A stretch of 24,000 nt of DNA. Source: Rhodospirillales bacterium. GTDB lineage: Bacteria > Pseudomonadota > Gammaproteobacteria > Steroidobacterales > Rariloculaceae. Below are positions 8,203 to 17,505 of this stretch, piece after piece. The translations under genes were made by a program, and so were the position numbers. The stretch spans positions 3,875 to 27,874 of the forward strand of contig JAHEEO010000002.1 of NCBI GenBank assembly GCA_024640665.1, given 5' to 3'. The notes beneath the pieces were generated by a model, which saw only the letters and a program-made list of their open reading frames with translations, ran no database searches and was not told where the DNA came from. The stretch's first letter is position 1. Every line of letters starts with the position of its first letter.

Positions 8203-9990
8203 CTAGTAAGTTCGCGCCTTTGGCGGAACCGTTTCTACGTCATCGGTCAAAGTATTCATCTGTACAGGCCGGAAATCGAAGCGAGCGGCGCCTTTGGAAT
8301 CGACCCATACCATCGTGTGCTTCATCCAGTTTTCGTCATCTCGGTCCGGGTAATCTTCGCGTGCCTGCGCGCCGCGACTCTCGGTTCGATTAATAGCGGA
8401 CTTGATGGTGCCCATTGCCTGCAATAGCAGATTTTCGAGTTCCATTGTCTCAATGAGATCTGTGTTCCAAACAAGCGTGCGATCACTGACAGACACATCG
8501 GCGAAGGAAGCAAAGACCGCCTCCAGCTTATCAATACCTTCCTGCAGCGATTCGCCAGTGCGAAATACTGCGGCATGACTCTGCATAACGCGCTGCATCT
8601 CAAGACGAATCTTCGCTGTCGGTGACCCGCCCTTCGCATTGCGCAGACTATCGAGCCGACTGACTGCAGCCTCGCCGGCATCATGCTTGAATGGCGCGTG
8701 CCGAGTACCGCGTCGAATCAACTCGCCGCAGCGGTGCGCTGCCGCCCGACCAAATACAACCAGATCTATCAACGAGTTGGATCCGAGCCGATTGGCCCCA
8801 TGTACTGAAACGCAACCGGCTTCACCGACCGCCATCAATCCAGGCACAACGTATTCTTCGCCCTGATTATTCTTGGCGACGACTTCGCCATGATAGTTGG
8901 TCGGGACACCACCCATGTTGTAGTGCACTGTTGGCAACACGGGTATCGGTGCTTTCGTCACGTCAACACCGGAAAATATCTTCGCGGTCTCCGCAATACC
9001 GGGCAGACGCTCGTCGATTACTTCTTGGCCCAAATGCTCAAGATGCAAATGCACATGATCTTTGTGCTTGCCAACACCACGGCCCTCTCTAATCTCTATA
9101 GTAATTGACCGACTGACAACATCGCGCGACGCAAGGTCTTTGGCATTTGGCGCGTAGCGCTCCATAAAACGCTCGCCTTCGGAATTAGTGAGATAACCGC
9201 CCTCACCTCTGGAGCCTTCCGTGATCAAACAGCCCGCCCCGTAAATCCCAGTAGGATGAAACTGCACAAACTCCAGGTCTTGCAGCGGCAGTCCGGCACG
9301 CAAAGCCATGGCGTTTCCGTCACCGGTACAGATATGCGCTGATGTGCAAGAGAAGTAAGCGCGGCCGTAACCACCCGTTGCCAGAATGACCATATGCGCT
9401 TTGAATCGATGGACCTTGCCCTCGGCCAGATCCAACGCAACAACGCCACGGCACTGACCATCTTCCATGATCAAATCGATCGCGAAATACTCGATAAAAA
9501 ATTCGGCGTTTTGCTTTAACGATTGCTGATAAAGGGTATGCAGCATGGCATGGCCGGTGCGATCAGCCGCAGCACACGTGCGTTGCGCAGTGCCTTCGCC
9601 GAAATGCGTCGTCATACCACCGAACGGTCGCTGATAGATTCTGCCATCTTCAGTGCGGGAGAAGGGCACACCATAATGCTCCAGCTCGATAACGGAGGCT
9701 GGTGCCTCTTTGCACATGTACTCGATCGCATCCTGGTCGCCAAGCCAATCGGAACCTTTGACGGTGTCGTACATATGCCAGCGCCAATCGTCGTCACCCA
9801 TATTGCCGAGTGCAGCACTAATGCCACCCTGTGCTGCAACGGTGTGGCTACGTGTTGGAAACACTTTCGAAATACAAGCAGTAGACAGCCCCTGCTCGGC
9901 CAAACCCAACGTTGCACGCAAGCCAGCGCCGCCCGCACCGACCACCACAACGTCGTAAGTATGTTCGACGAATTCGTAATCCTTACTCAT
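8203..9990 (-). CDS. sdhA: Succinate dehydrogenase flavoprotein subunit
   Basis: ATG 9990 gives [26 protein letters not shown] (Rossmann GxGxxG). SHTVAAQGG contains the covalent-FAD histidine. The ORF-track start at 10059 adds 23 residues that overlap sdhD. Confidence 0.97.
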   Translation of the reverse strand: MSKDYEFVEHTYDVVVVGAGGAGLRATLGLAEQGLSTACISKVFPTRSHTVAAQGGISAALGNMGDDDWRWHMYDTVKGSDWLGDQDAIEYMCKEAPASVIELEHYGVPFSRTEDGRIYQRPFGGMTTHFGEGTAQRTCAAADRTGHAMLHTLYQQSLKQNAEFFIEYFAIDLIMEDGQCRGVVALDLAEGKVHRFKAHMVILATGGYGRAYFSCTSAHICTGDGNAMALRAGLPLQDLEFVQFHPTGIYGAGCLITEGSRGEGGYLTNSEGERFMERYAPNAKDLASRDVVSRSITIEIREGRGVGKHKDHVHLHLEHLGQEVIDERLPGIAETAKIFSGVDVTKAPIPVLPTVHYNMGGVPTNYHGEVVAKNNQGEEYVVPGLMAVGEAGCVSVHGANRLGSNSLIDLVVFGRAAAHRCGELIRRGTRHAPFKHDAGEAAVSRLDSLRNAKGGSPTAKIRLEMQRVMQSHAAVFRTGESLQEGIDKLEAVFASFADVSVSDRTLVWNTDLIETMELENLLLQAMGTIKSAINRTESRGAQAREDYPDRDDENWMKHTMVWVDSKGAARFDFRPVQMNTLTDDVETVPPKARTY

Positions 9991-9994
9991 GCAC

Positions 9995-10375
9995 TCAAGC
10001 CCCAAATCCGACGCGCAATATTGCGTAAACGCCAGCGCAACCAACAAAAATATGCGCAAATGTGGTCAGTACCAGCGTTACTGTCTTAATCACCTTGCCA
10101 TGGACATAGTCTTCCACTACGACTTGCACTCCAAGATATGAGTGATAGCTAACCGTCAGAACCAGCAAGATCATGAAGATGCTGGTCAGCGGCCGCGAAA
10201 ACCATGCCACTACTGTCGAGTAAGCGAAATCCTGCAAACCCGCAAGAGCAAAAATAAACCACAATCCCAAAGGTATGAGGGCGACTGCGGTGAGCCTTTG
10301 CACCCACCAATGCTCAGATCCGCCTTTCGCGGAACCCAGACCCAGAACCTTATTCAACGGAGATACGAGACTCAC
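9995..10375 (-). CDS. sdhD: Succinate dehydrogenase hydrophobic membrane anchor subunit
   Basis: GTG 10375, with AAGGG 8 nt upstream, gives about 126 aa with three TM helices ([17 protein letters not shown]...). It sits between sdhC and sdhA. The longer ORF starting at 10450 would overlap sdhC by 64 nt. Confidence 0.85.
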   Translation of the reverse strand: MSLVSPLNKVLGLGSAKGGSEHWWVQRLTAVALIPLGLWFIFALAGLQDFAYSTVVAWFSRPLTSIFMILLVLTVSYHSYLGVQVVVEDYVHGKVIKTVTLVLTTFAHIFVGCAGVYAILRVGFGA

Positions 10376-10386
10376 GGCGCAACCCT

Positions 10387-10767
10387 TTAAATGATGACGA
10401 GCAAAGCGAACAACAATGTGGCAATCACCGCCGCAACGACTACGAGCCAACCGCTCATTTGAATCTGATGATGTTCAAATCCGGCGCCAACATCCCAGAA
10501 AAGATGACGAATGCCATTGGCGAAATGATAGAAGAAACAAAATGCCCACCCAATGAGCGGCAACTTAAACCAAGTTGCGCCAATAAATTCAAGCGACTGG
10601 GCATAGTCTGCAGCGCCACCCGCCAATGACACCAACCACCAGACGAATACCAGCAACCCGACAGACAGTGCGACACCGGTAACGCGATGCAGTATCGACA
10701 GCGTATTCGTGATCTGCCATCGGTAAATAAAGACATGCGGCGACAATGGCCGATCAGCCCTATCCAT
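10387..10767 (-). CDS. sdhC: Succinate dehydrogenase cytochrome b556 subunit
   Basis: MDRADRPLSPHVFIYRWQITNTLSILHRVTGV is a typical SdhC N-terminus. ATG 10767 is preceded by AAGGGAGA about 10 nt upstream. TTG 10788 is a less likely alternative start. Confidence 0.88.
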   Translation of the reverse strand: MDRADRPLSPHVFIYRWQITNTLSILHRVTGVALSVGLLVFVWWLVSLAGGAADYAQSLEFIGATWFKLPLIGWAFCFFYHFANGIRHLFWDVGAGFEHHQIQMSGWLVVVAAVIATLLFALLVII

Positions 10768-11058
10768 ATGCTTGGTTTCTCCCTTCAAGCGTGCTTTTGC
10801 GCAGGAACGAACTCAGATTGCGAGACACAAAGCCTAGAAATCGATGCAACGTCCCGCGCGCTCCCAGTCCCCGAAACGAGTAGGCTCTGGCCCCTGTGGC
10901 CCCCCTATCTCGCGAGGCTCGCTGGCTACTTCGTCGGCTACCCGTTCAGTCTCCGTGACAGGATCCTCTGACGAGCGAACAGCAGCCTCTTGTTTGTCTA
11001 CAGCGATCATCGCTAAAGTGTGCCAGAAACGGGCGCGCCACGCATCCCGGAAAAAGGC

Positions 11059-11982
11059 ATGTCAGCGATGAGTCTTAGAATTTGTGACCGGCAGCAAATT
11101 GGGGTCATTCACGCGACAGGCCCAGATGCAGAAAGCTTCCTGCAAGGACAACTGAGTCAAGATATTGGCAGGGCGACCTCCTCGCTCAGTGTATTAGCCG
11201 GCTGGCATGATGCGAGCGGCCGCTTGCAGGCGCTGTTTCGGGTATGGCGGCATGAAGACTTCATTGTAATGGCCACCGCCAGCGAGATTCTCAGTGATGT
11301 CACGGCACAGCTAAACCGTTACAAAATGCGGGCCAACCTCACGCTGACTCCACGTGAAGATTGGCGGACCGTCTCGGTTCTTAAGTTGCCGAGCCGATCC
11401 GGCCCGGACCAAGCATCGGAAGAAAGCGGGAAGCTGGTGTTCGCCGAGACCCTGAACGGCGTTGCGCACAATAATGGCTTCGATTCGATCAGGATCACCC
11501 AGAACCAGCATCATCTTTACGGCCCTCAGCATGCTTTCTCCGGCCTGCGACTGGATACCAACCCAGAAACCACATTAGCGTTGGCCCAGGCTGACGAAAT
11601 CCGGGCAGGAATACCGCTCGTCGGCCGAGCGCTTGCCGCCAGATTCATCCCCCATATGCTGAACCTCGAGATCCTAAACGCGATCGCATTCGACAAGGGG
11701 TGTTACCCAGGCCAGGAAATTATCGCCCGAACCGAAAATCTTGGAACCGTGAAACGCCGGGCCCGGACTTTCGCGCTGCAGGGGAAAACGATGGCAGCGC
11801 CTGGCACGGCTCTGATCGGCGCTGCTGGCGAGCAGGTCGGCACCGTCGTCAACTGTGCCGCCGATGGCGACAATGCCTGCGTATTACTCGCCGTAGTCCA
11901 ACTGGATGCCCTGAGCGCACCCTTATACTTGGAGGGGCGTTTGGATCAACCGCTACAAAAACTCGAAATGCCGTTTCAATGA
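11059..11982 (+). CDS. ygfZ: Folate-binding Fe-S cluster maintenance / tRNA-modifying protein YgfZ
   Basis: The GcvT-like fold protein carries the family signature KGCYPGQEIIART. The start is ATG 11059 or ATG 11068, both behind GAAAAAGG. The track start at 11020 is less likely. Confidence 0.9.
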   Translation: MSAMSLRICDRQQIGVIHATGPDAESFLQGQLSQDIGRATSSLSVLAGWHDASGRLQALFRVWRHEDFIVMATASEILSDVTAQLNRYKMRANLTLTPREDWRTVSVLKLPSRSGPDQASEESGKLVFAETLNGVAHNNGFDSIRITQNQHHLYGPQHAFSGLRLDTNPETTLALAQADEIRAGIPLVGRALAARFIPHMLNLEILNAIAFDKGCYPGQEIIARTENLGTVKRRARTFALQGKTMAAPGTALIGAAGEQVGTVVNCAADGDNACVLLAVVQLDALSAPLYLEGRLDQPLQKLEMPFQ

Positions 11983-12013
11983 AGTGACTACATGTCGGTA
12001 TCGACGCTGCTAA

Positions 12014-13510
12014 CTAAGCCTCTTGCTTCAATTGCGGAAACAACAGTACATCGCGGATCGACTGGCTGTTCGTCAACAACATGACCAATCGGTCAATACC
12101 AATGCCCAGGCCAGCCGCTGGCGGCATACCGTATTCCAGCGCCCTAACGTAGTCTGCATCAAAATACATCGCCTCGTCATCGCCGTGTTCCTTCGCCTCG
12201 ACCTGAGCGCGAAATCGCGCAGCCTGATCTTCGGGATCGTTAAGCTCCGAGAAGCCATTGGCGATTTCACTGCCGGCGATAAACAGCTCGAAACGATCTG
12301 TCAGGAAAGCATCATTGTCGCAAGCGCGTGCCAGCGGAGACACTTCCGCCGGGTACTGCGTAATAAATATTGGACCTTGCAAATTATCTTCAATCAGCCT
12401 TTCGAACAATTCGAGCTGCAGCTTACCGGCACCATATTGGTCATGAACGGGAATACCTTCAGCCTGACATAGCTGCGCAAGCACTTGCCTGTCGCGAACA
12501 GTGTCCGCGGTCAAACCCACGTTTGCATCCAGCAAGGACTGCTCGACGCTAAGACGCGGAAACGCATGACCGAGATCGAATTCATCATCGCCGAACACGA
12601 CAGTCGTTTTGCCCAGCAGGACACGCGCTGTTTCACGCACTAGATTTTCGGTCAAATTCATTAAATCTTCGTAGTCCGCATAAGCTTGGTAAAGCTCAAG
12701 CATCGTGAATTCAGGATTGTGTCGAGTCGACAACCCCTCGTTCCGAAACACCCTGCCAAGCTCATATACGCGCTCGAATCCGCCGACGAGCAGCCGCTTC
12801 AAGTAAAGCTCGGGTGCAATTCTCAAATAGAGCGTTCGATCAAGTGCATGATGGTGCGTTTCAAAGGGGCGCGCCGCGGCGCCACCGGGAATAGGCTGCA
12901 TAATCGGCGTCTCAACTTCCAGGAAATCAAGCGCATCGAGATAGGAGCGAATGAAGCGAATGGCTTCGCTCCGGACACGAAACGCCTGACGTCGTTCCGG
13001 GCTCACTATCAGATCAACATAGCGCAACCGCAGGCGCAGCTCTTGATCGGCCATACCATGCCATTTGTCCGGCAGCGGGCGTAAGGATTTAACGAGCACC
13101 TCCAGACTATCGACGGCGATCGACAACTCACCTGTCTTAGTCATCATCAGCGTGCCGGTCGCCCCTAAGATGTCGCCAAGATCCCATTTCTTGAAATCGG
13201 CGTAAACATCCTCGCCCAAGCGGTCCCGCTGCACGAATAACTGTATTTGGCCGGATCTGTCTTGCAGGTGGACAAAACTACTCTTGCCCATGACGCGCTT
13301 GCTCATCATTCGGCCAGCCACAGCGACTTGCACTTTTTCGCCTTGCAGAGACTCAGCCGAATGCGCCGAATATGCTGCGCGCAGTTCATCGGCCAGCGCA
13401 TCCCGGCGAAAACCGTTCGGAAAGGCATTGCCATCATCGCGCATCCGATCCAACTTCTTGCGCCGCTCGGCAATTAAACGGTTTTCATCCTCTGTCGTGA
13501 CTTCGCTCAT
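12014..13510 (-). CDS. lysS: Lysine--tRNA ligase (class II)
   Basis: The protein is full-length and collinear with LysS, with an OB anticodon-binding domain and class II motifs (..FRNEG.., ..GIGIDRLVM..). ATG 13510 ([20 protein letters not shown]) is preceded by GGAG. ATG 13528 is an alternative start. It lies downstream of prfB as in E. coli. Confidence 0.96.
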   Translation of the reverse strand: MSEVTTEDENRLIAERRKKLDRMRDDGNAFPNGFRRDALADELRAAYSAHSAESLQGEKVQVAVAGRMMSKRVMGKSSFVHLQDRSGQIQLFVQRDRLGEDVYADFKKWDLGDILGATGTLMMTKTGELSIAVDSLEVLVKSLRPLPDKWHGMADQELRLRLRYVDLIVSPERRQAFRVRSEAIRFIRSYLDALDFLEVETPIMQPIPGGAAARPFETHHHALDRTLYLRIAPELYLKRLLVGGFERVYELGRVFRNEGLSTRHNPEFTMLELYQAYADYEDLMNLTENLVRETARVLLGKTTVVFGDDEFDLGHAFPRLSVEQSLLDANVGLTADTVRDRQVLAQLCQAEGIPVHDQYGAGKLQLELFERLIEDNLQGPIFITQYPAEVSPLARACDNDAFLTDRFELFIAGSEIANGFSELNDPEDQAARFRAQVEAKEHGDDEAMYFDADYVRALEYGMPPAAGLGIGIDRLVMLLTNSQSIRDVLLFPQLKQEA

Positions 13511-13534
13511 TCGCTCCACTAACCCCATTTACGA

Positions 13535-14630
13535 CTACAGCCCTTGCTTCAGGCTTTCTTCAAGAAACTCATCGAGATCGCCATCCAGCACGGCACTGGG
13601 CTGCGACGACTCTACATTAGTGCGCAAGTCTTTAACGCGCGACTGATCCAACACGTACGAACGAATCTGACTCCCCCAGCCAATATCCGCCTTGCTGTCT
13701 TCGACTAAATCGGCTTGCTCACGGCGCTTTTGCTGCTCTAATTCATACAAACGCGCTTTGAGCTGCCCCATTGCAGTCGCGCGGTTCTTATGCTGCGAAC
13801 GATCATTCTGACACTGCACCACCACACCGGATGGAATGTGCGTAATTCTAACCGCGGACTCAGTCTTATTGACGTGTTGCCCGCCTGCGCCGCTTGCTCG
13901 ATATACATCTACGCGCAGATCGGCGGGATTTATTTCCACCTCGACGTTGTCATCGAGCTCTGGAGAAACGAACACCGCTGCGAACGAAGTATGGCGGCGG
14001 CTTCCAGAATCAAACGGCGACTTGCGCACGAGTCGATGCACACCGGTTTCGGTTCTCAGCCAGCCGTAAGCATATTCGGCCCGCACATGAATCGTAGCGC
14101 TCTTGATACCGGCAACATCTCCAGCGGAGGCCTCTAGCAACTCGGTCGAAAACCCTCGAGATTCTGCCCAACGTAGATACATACGCAAGAGCATCTCGGC
14201 CCAGTCTTGTGCTTCGGTTCCGCCTGACCCCGCCTGAATATCGACGAACGCATTGTGCGAGTCCATATCACCCGCGAACATGCGCCGAAACTCGAGGTCG
14301 ACAACGGTTTTTTCAACGCGCGAGAGTTCAGCCGCAATTTCGCCCAGCATTGCTTCGTCATTATCTTCGCGAGCCAGAGCATAAAGCTCAAGCGTCTCTT
14401 CAAGCGCAAGTTGAATTTTGTCCAGCGTATTGACGATGCCTTCTAGGCTGGCGCGCTCGCGCCCCAAGTTTTGCGCGCGTTCCGGGTCTGACCAAACGTC
14501 CGGAGACTCTAATTCTCGCTCGACTTCTTCGAGCTTTTCACGCTTAACATCGTAGTCAAAGATACCTCCGAAGCGCGTCACTGCGAGATCGCAAGTCTTC
14601 AATCCGATCGTTTACGTTGCCTAGTTCCAT
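13535..14630 (-). CDS. prfB: Peptide chain release factor 2, programmed +1 frameshift: join(14630..14559, 14557..13535)
   Basis: SPF and GGQ motifs are present ([28 protein letters not shown]). Frame 0 runs from ATG 14630 and encodes [24 protein letters not shown], then TGA. The +1 frame continues [12 protein letters not shown]... The total of about 364 aa compares with 365 aa in E. coli. Confidence 0.95.
14555..14569 (-). promoter_or_regulatory. RF2 autoregulatory +1 frameshift site (GGAGG TAT CTT TGA C)
   Basis: The minus strand reads CGGAGGTATCTTTGAC. An internal SD-like GGAGG lies 3 nt before the slippery CTT, followed by TGA with C as the next base. This is the same architecture as the E. 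coli prfB site. Confidence 0.85.
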
Positions 14631-14691
14631 CTTGATCACTCAAACGCGGGGCGCAAATATTAGCATGACGGCTCGGAATTCCGATCGGCAG

Positions 14692-16392
14692 CTATGTGTT
14701 CTCCAAATGTTCAACGATGAGTTGCACTCGCGGCTCGGAGAAATACTCGTTCACCGCCAATTGATAGCAGGCCCGAACCTTAGAACCCGTTGCTGGCTCG
14801 CAAAACTCCGAGTTGAAAGCAATCGCCTCGACTCGGGTGCCGCCACCGACCGGCTGCAAGGTCATTTTTAGATGCAAGTCCTTAAGCCAACGCCAATCGG
14901 CAATGGTAAATACGCCATCAAACAGGGGCTCTGGAAAACTCTGCCCCCAAGGGCCCGCAGCGCGAATCGCCTCAGCGACCTCTATAGTCATCAGATCGCC
15001 AGCCAATTCGCCGTCTGACAGCAATTTTTGCAGCCGCTGATCGGCACTGAGTCGCTTCGCACCGACAGCGTCGATCGCGGCAGCGAATGCCGGCAGCGCA
15101 TCGGCTTCAATAGACAAACCTGCCGCCATTGCGTGTCCGCCATATTTCTTGATCAACCCCGGCTGCAACGCATCGACTTCTGCTAACGCGTCACGCAGGT
15201 GGAAGCCCGCCACGGAACGGCCAGAGCCTTTGAGCCCATCTCCGGATGGCGCAAATGCAAACACCGGCAGACCGTGACGCTCCTTGACTCGTGACGCGAT
15301 AAGGCCGACAAGTCCCTCATGCCAGTTATCGCGCATCAGGCTCAATACGCTTTGTTCTTCAACACGATCATCCAATGACAATGACTCGACCAGATCCAGC
15401 GCTTCGGCTCGCATTTCCGTTTCCATCTCGCGCCGACTCCGATTCAATGTGTCGAGTTGTCTGGCGAGCTCAAGAGCAGCTTGATCAGATTCTTCAATCA
15501 AACAACGGACACCAATCGACATATCATCCAGACGACCTGCCGCATTCAAACGCGGACCCAGCTGATAACCCAATGTGCTGGCCGTCACCCGGTGCAGCTC
15601 GGCACCCGACAGTTCGCATAATGCGCGGATGCCGGGACGACAGCGGCCACCGCGGATACGCAACAAGCCCTGCTGTACCAGAATTCGATTCTGCTGGTCC
15701 AATGGCACTAGATCGGCGACCGTTCCGAGTGCCACGAGATCGAGATATTCGGCTATGCCGGCGGAATCGCCAAGCGCGCGTCCAAGCGCGGCGAGCAAAT
15801 AGAATGCCACGCCAACGCCGGCAAGATTCTGCCCCTTAAACTCTTGCCCGGGAAGATTTGGATTCACCAAAACGTTAGCAGCAGGTAATTGCTCAGGCGG
15901 CAAATGATGATCGGTGATCAATACGTCGATGCCCAGTTCACGTGCCGCTGCCACGCCAGCCACACTGCTGACGCCGTTATCGACTGTCACGAGCAATGCT
16001 GGATTCAGTTGTGCCAAATGCTCGACGGCGGCGGTGCTCAGTCCGTAACCCATGTTGAAACGATCAGGGATGAAAAACTGAACATCAGCAAACCCGAATT
16101 TGCGCAAACACAGCAACATTAGCGCGACGCTGGTTGCGCCATCACTGTCAAAGTCCCCAACTACCACAATGCGCGCATCGCGATGCTGCAGCAACAACTC
16201 AACTGCATCAGTTAGCACATCGAAACTGCCCACTGGCACAAGCCCGCCAAGGACCAAATCAAGGTCGGCAGGTGACGTGATAGCTCGACGCGCATAGACC
16301 TGACGGAGTACCGGGTGGACATGCGCCGGCCAATCCCATTCAACAATGCTCTGATTGGCTTCGCGGCGAACGATACTTTTAGCGCTTGGCAT
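14692..16392 (-). CDS. recJ: Single-stranded-DNA-specific exonuclease RecJ
   Basis: The 566 aa ORF has DHH-family motifs (VVGDFDSDGATS, ITDHHLP) and a DHHA1 region (GGHAMAAG). The recJ-prfB-lysS order matches E. coli. Confidence 0.95.
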   Translation of the reverse strand: MPSAKSIVRREANQSIVEWDWPAHVHPVLRQVYARRAITSPADLDLVLGGLVPVGSFDVLTDAVELLLQHRDARIVVVGDFDSDGATSVALMLLCLRKFGFADVQFFIPDRFNMGYGLSTAAVEHLAQLNPALLVTVDNGVSSVAGVAAARELGIDVLITDHHLPPEQLPAANVLVNPNLPGQEFKGQNLAGVGVAFYLLAALGRALGDSAGIAEYLDLVALGTVADLVPLDQQNRILVQQGLLRIRGGRCRPGIRALCELSGAELHRVTASTLGYQLGPRLNAAGRLDDMSIGVRCLIEESDQAALELARQLDTLNRSRREMETEMRAEALDLVESLSLDDRVEEQSVLSLMRDNWHEGLVGLIASRVKERHGLPVFAFAPSGDGLKGSGRSVAGFHLRDALAEVDALQPGLIKKYGGHAMAAGLSIEADALPAFAAAIDAVGAKRLSADQRLQKLLSDGELAGDLMTIEVAEAIRAAGPWGQSFPEPLFDGVFTIADWRWLKDLHLKMTLQPVGGGTRVEAIAFNSEFCEPATGSKVRACYQLAVNEYFSEPRVQLIVEHLENT

Positions 16393-16450
16393 GTTTCAAT
16401 CGCATCTCGAGTTTATAATCTTGTGCCCAAGCAACACGGGCCACAGTTCA

Positions 16451-16819
16451 TTGCAATTTAATAAGGAAACCATCAATGCAAACACAATTCGGTCCTATCA
16501 GCCGGGTTGCATTCGCATTGGTGAGTCATCGTTTTCGGGACATATCATTGTTGCGGCAAACACCATTCTAGACAACTGGGATGCCGGCACGCCTGCCGCA
16601 CTCTCAGAAGCATCGCTGGCGGCCGCTTTGGAGCTGCAGCCGGAAATTCTCATCGTCGGCACCGGCTCTGCCCAAATGCTCCCTGATACATTGCTCATGG
16701 CTCAATTGGCTCGGCGTGGAGTTGGTTTAGAGATAATGACAACAGCGGCGGCCTGTAGAACTTACAACGTGTTGGCTCACGAACAACGCGCTGTCGTAGC
16801 CGCGCTATTCAACGCATGA
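16451..16819 (+). CDS. Mth938-like / DUF498 (Xcc1710-like) protein
   Basis: The C-terminal GVGLEIMTTAAACRTYNVLAHEQRAVVAALF and N-terminal IRSYQPGCIRIGE match the Mth938-like family pattern. TTG 16451 gives about 122 aa, the family-typical length, but has no SD. ATG 16391 and ATG 16355 are alternative starts. Confidence 0.72.
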   Translation: MQFNKETINANTIRSYQPGCIRIGESSFSGHIIVAANTILDNWDAGTPAALSEASLAAALELQPEILIVGTGSAQMLPDTLLMAQLARRGVGLEIMTTAAACRTYNVLAHEQRAVVAALFNA

Positions 16820-16833
16820 TATCCACAGCCGTG

Positions 16834-17505
16834 CTATCGCGCCGGCAGATAGCTTAAAGGATCAATCGGCACGCCATTGCGCCGAATCTCGAAATGCAAC
16901 TGTGCCTGACGGCCCGGCCCAAGTCCCATAGCTGCGATCCGCTGGCCGCTGGCCACTTCGTCACCTTGATCCACGACGACATTGTCGGTGTGACCGTACG
17001 CGCTCAGAAAAGTATCGTTGTGTTTTATGATGACCAGCTGACCGTAACCCGCCAAACCTGTACCCACATAAACCACGCGGCCGGCAGCGGCGGCTGAAAT
17101 GCTCTGGCCATTTTGGCCGGTCACGCTGATACCGCTGCCGATTCCGCTCCGGGAACCGAAACGCGCAGCGACGGTACCCATAGTCGGCCAATCCCAGTCT
17201 GGCGCCGGGAGATTACTGGGCTGTGGCAATGGGGGCGGCGCTGAACGAGTTGAACTATTTGCCTGGCGCGGCGTATTCGCCTCCAGCAGGCTGAGGCGCT
17301 GCCCAACGAATATGAGATCGGGGTTGTCGAGACGATTCCAACGAGCCAATGAGCGGTAGTCGAGCCCATACCGCCAAGCAATCGTGTACAACGTGTCGCC
17401 AGGCCGTACGACATGCACCCGCGTTTCATAGTTGACCAACGACGGGCTGCAAGCGGTCATGGCAATACAGAGTGCGACGATAATGGTCTTTAGCGCAGCT
17501 GCCAT
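16834..17505 (-). CDS. nlpD: LysM + LytM(M23)-domain lipoprotein, NlpD-like murein hydrolase activator
   Basis: ATG 17505 gives MAAALKTIIVALCIAMTAC, a signal peptide plus lipobox Cys. A LysM domain (HVVRPGDTLYTIAWRYGLDYRSLARWNRL) and a C-terminal M23 domain ending LHFEIRRNGVPIDP follow. It lies downstream of pcm as in the surE-pcm-nlpD clusters. The track start at 17646 adds 47 Arg/Cys-rich residues. Confidence 0.88.
   Translation of the reverse strand: MAAALKTIIVALCIAMTACSPSLVNYETRVHVVRPGDTLYTIAWRYGLDYRSLARWNRLDNPDLIFVGQRLSLLEANTPRQANSSTRSAPPPLPQPSNLPAPDWDWPTMGTVAARFGSRSGIGSGISVTGQNGQSISAAAAGRVVYVGTGLAGYGQLVIIKHNDTFLSAYGHTDNVVVDQGDEVASGQRIAAMGLGPGRQAQLHFEIRRNGVPIDPLSYLPAR

Noticed and set aside
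9523-10089. There are long ORFs antisense to well-supported genes. Examples: 9523..10089 (+, 188 aa, opposite sdhA); 7679..8170 (+, opposite sdhB); 15375..15839 (+, opposite recJ); 12023..12472 and 12686..13084 (+, opposite lysS); 18173..18688 (+, opposite pcm); 1044..1481 (+, opposite lepB); 19528..19923 (-, opposite smrA); 6845..7189 (+, opposite ygfX/sdhE).
   Set aside because: Their translations are Arg/Ser/Cys/His-rich and low in complexity, with no recognisable motifs. They lie exactly opposite genes with strong family signatures. This is typical shadow-ORF behaviour in moderately GC-rich DNA.
10768-11058. The roughly 290-nt divergent sdhC/ygfZ intergenic region was checked for a small gene or sRNA. 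Overlapping + strand ORFs run 10687..10971 and 10844..11071. It also contains a 13-nt palindrome AGCGAT-C-ATCGCT at 11002..11014 and an 8-nt palindrome CTCGCGAG.
   Set aside because: The ORFs have no SD and no recognisable motif, and show biased Ser/Arg/Pro composition. I could not find a stable terminator-like hairpin with a T-tract. Short palindromes of this size occur by chance. The region most simply holds the two divergent promoters, though an operator remains possible and is untestable here.
14664-14677. A perfect 10-nt palindrome CGGAATTCCG (14664..14673) and an adjacent CGATCG lie between the recJ stop and the prfB start. I considered them as a possible terminator.
   Set aside because: There is no loop and no downstream T-tract. 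recJ-prfB are plausibly co-transcribed, or prfB has its own promoter here.
16476-16571. I considered a programmed frameshift joining the SD-ATG 31-codon ORF to the Mth938-like frame.
   Set aside because: There is no slippery heptamer or stimulatory structure between 16478 and 16490. TTG 16451 already yields a full-length family-typical protein. I retained it only as a start-site ambiguity finding.
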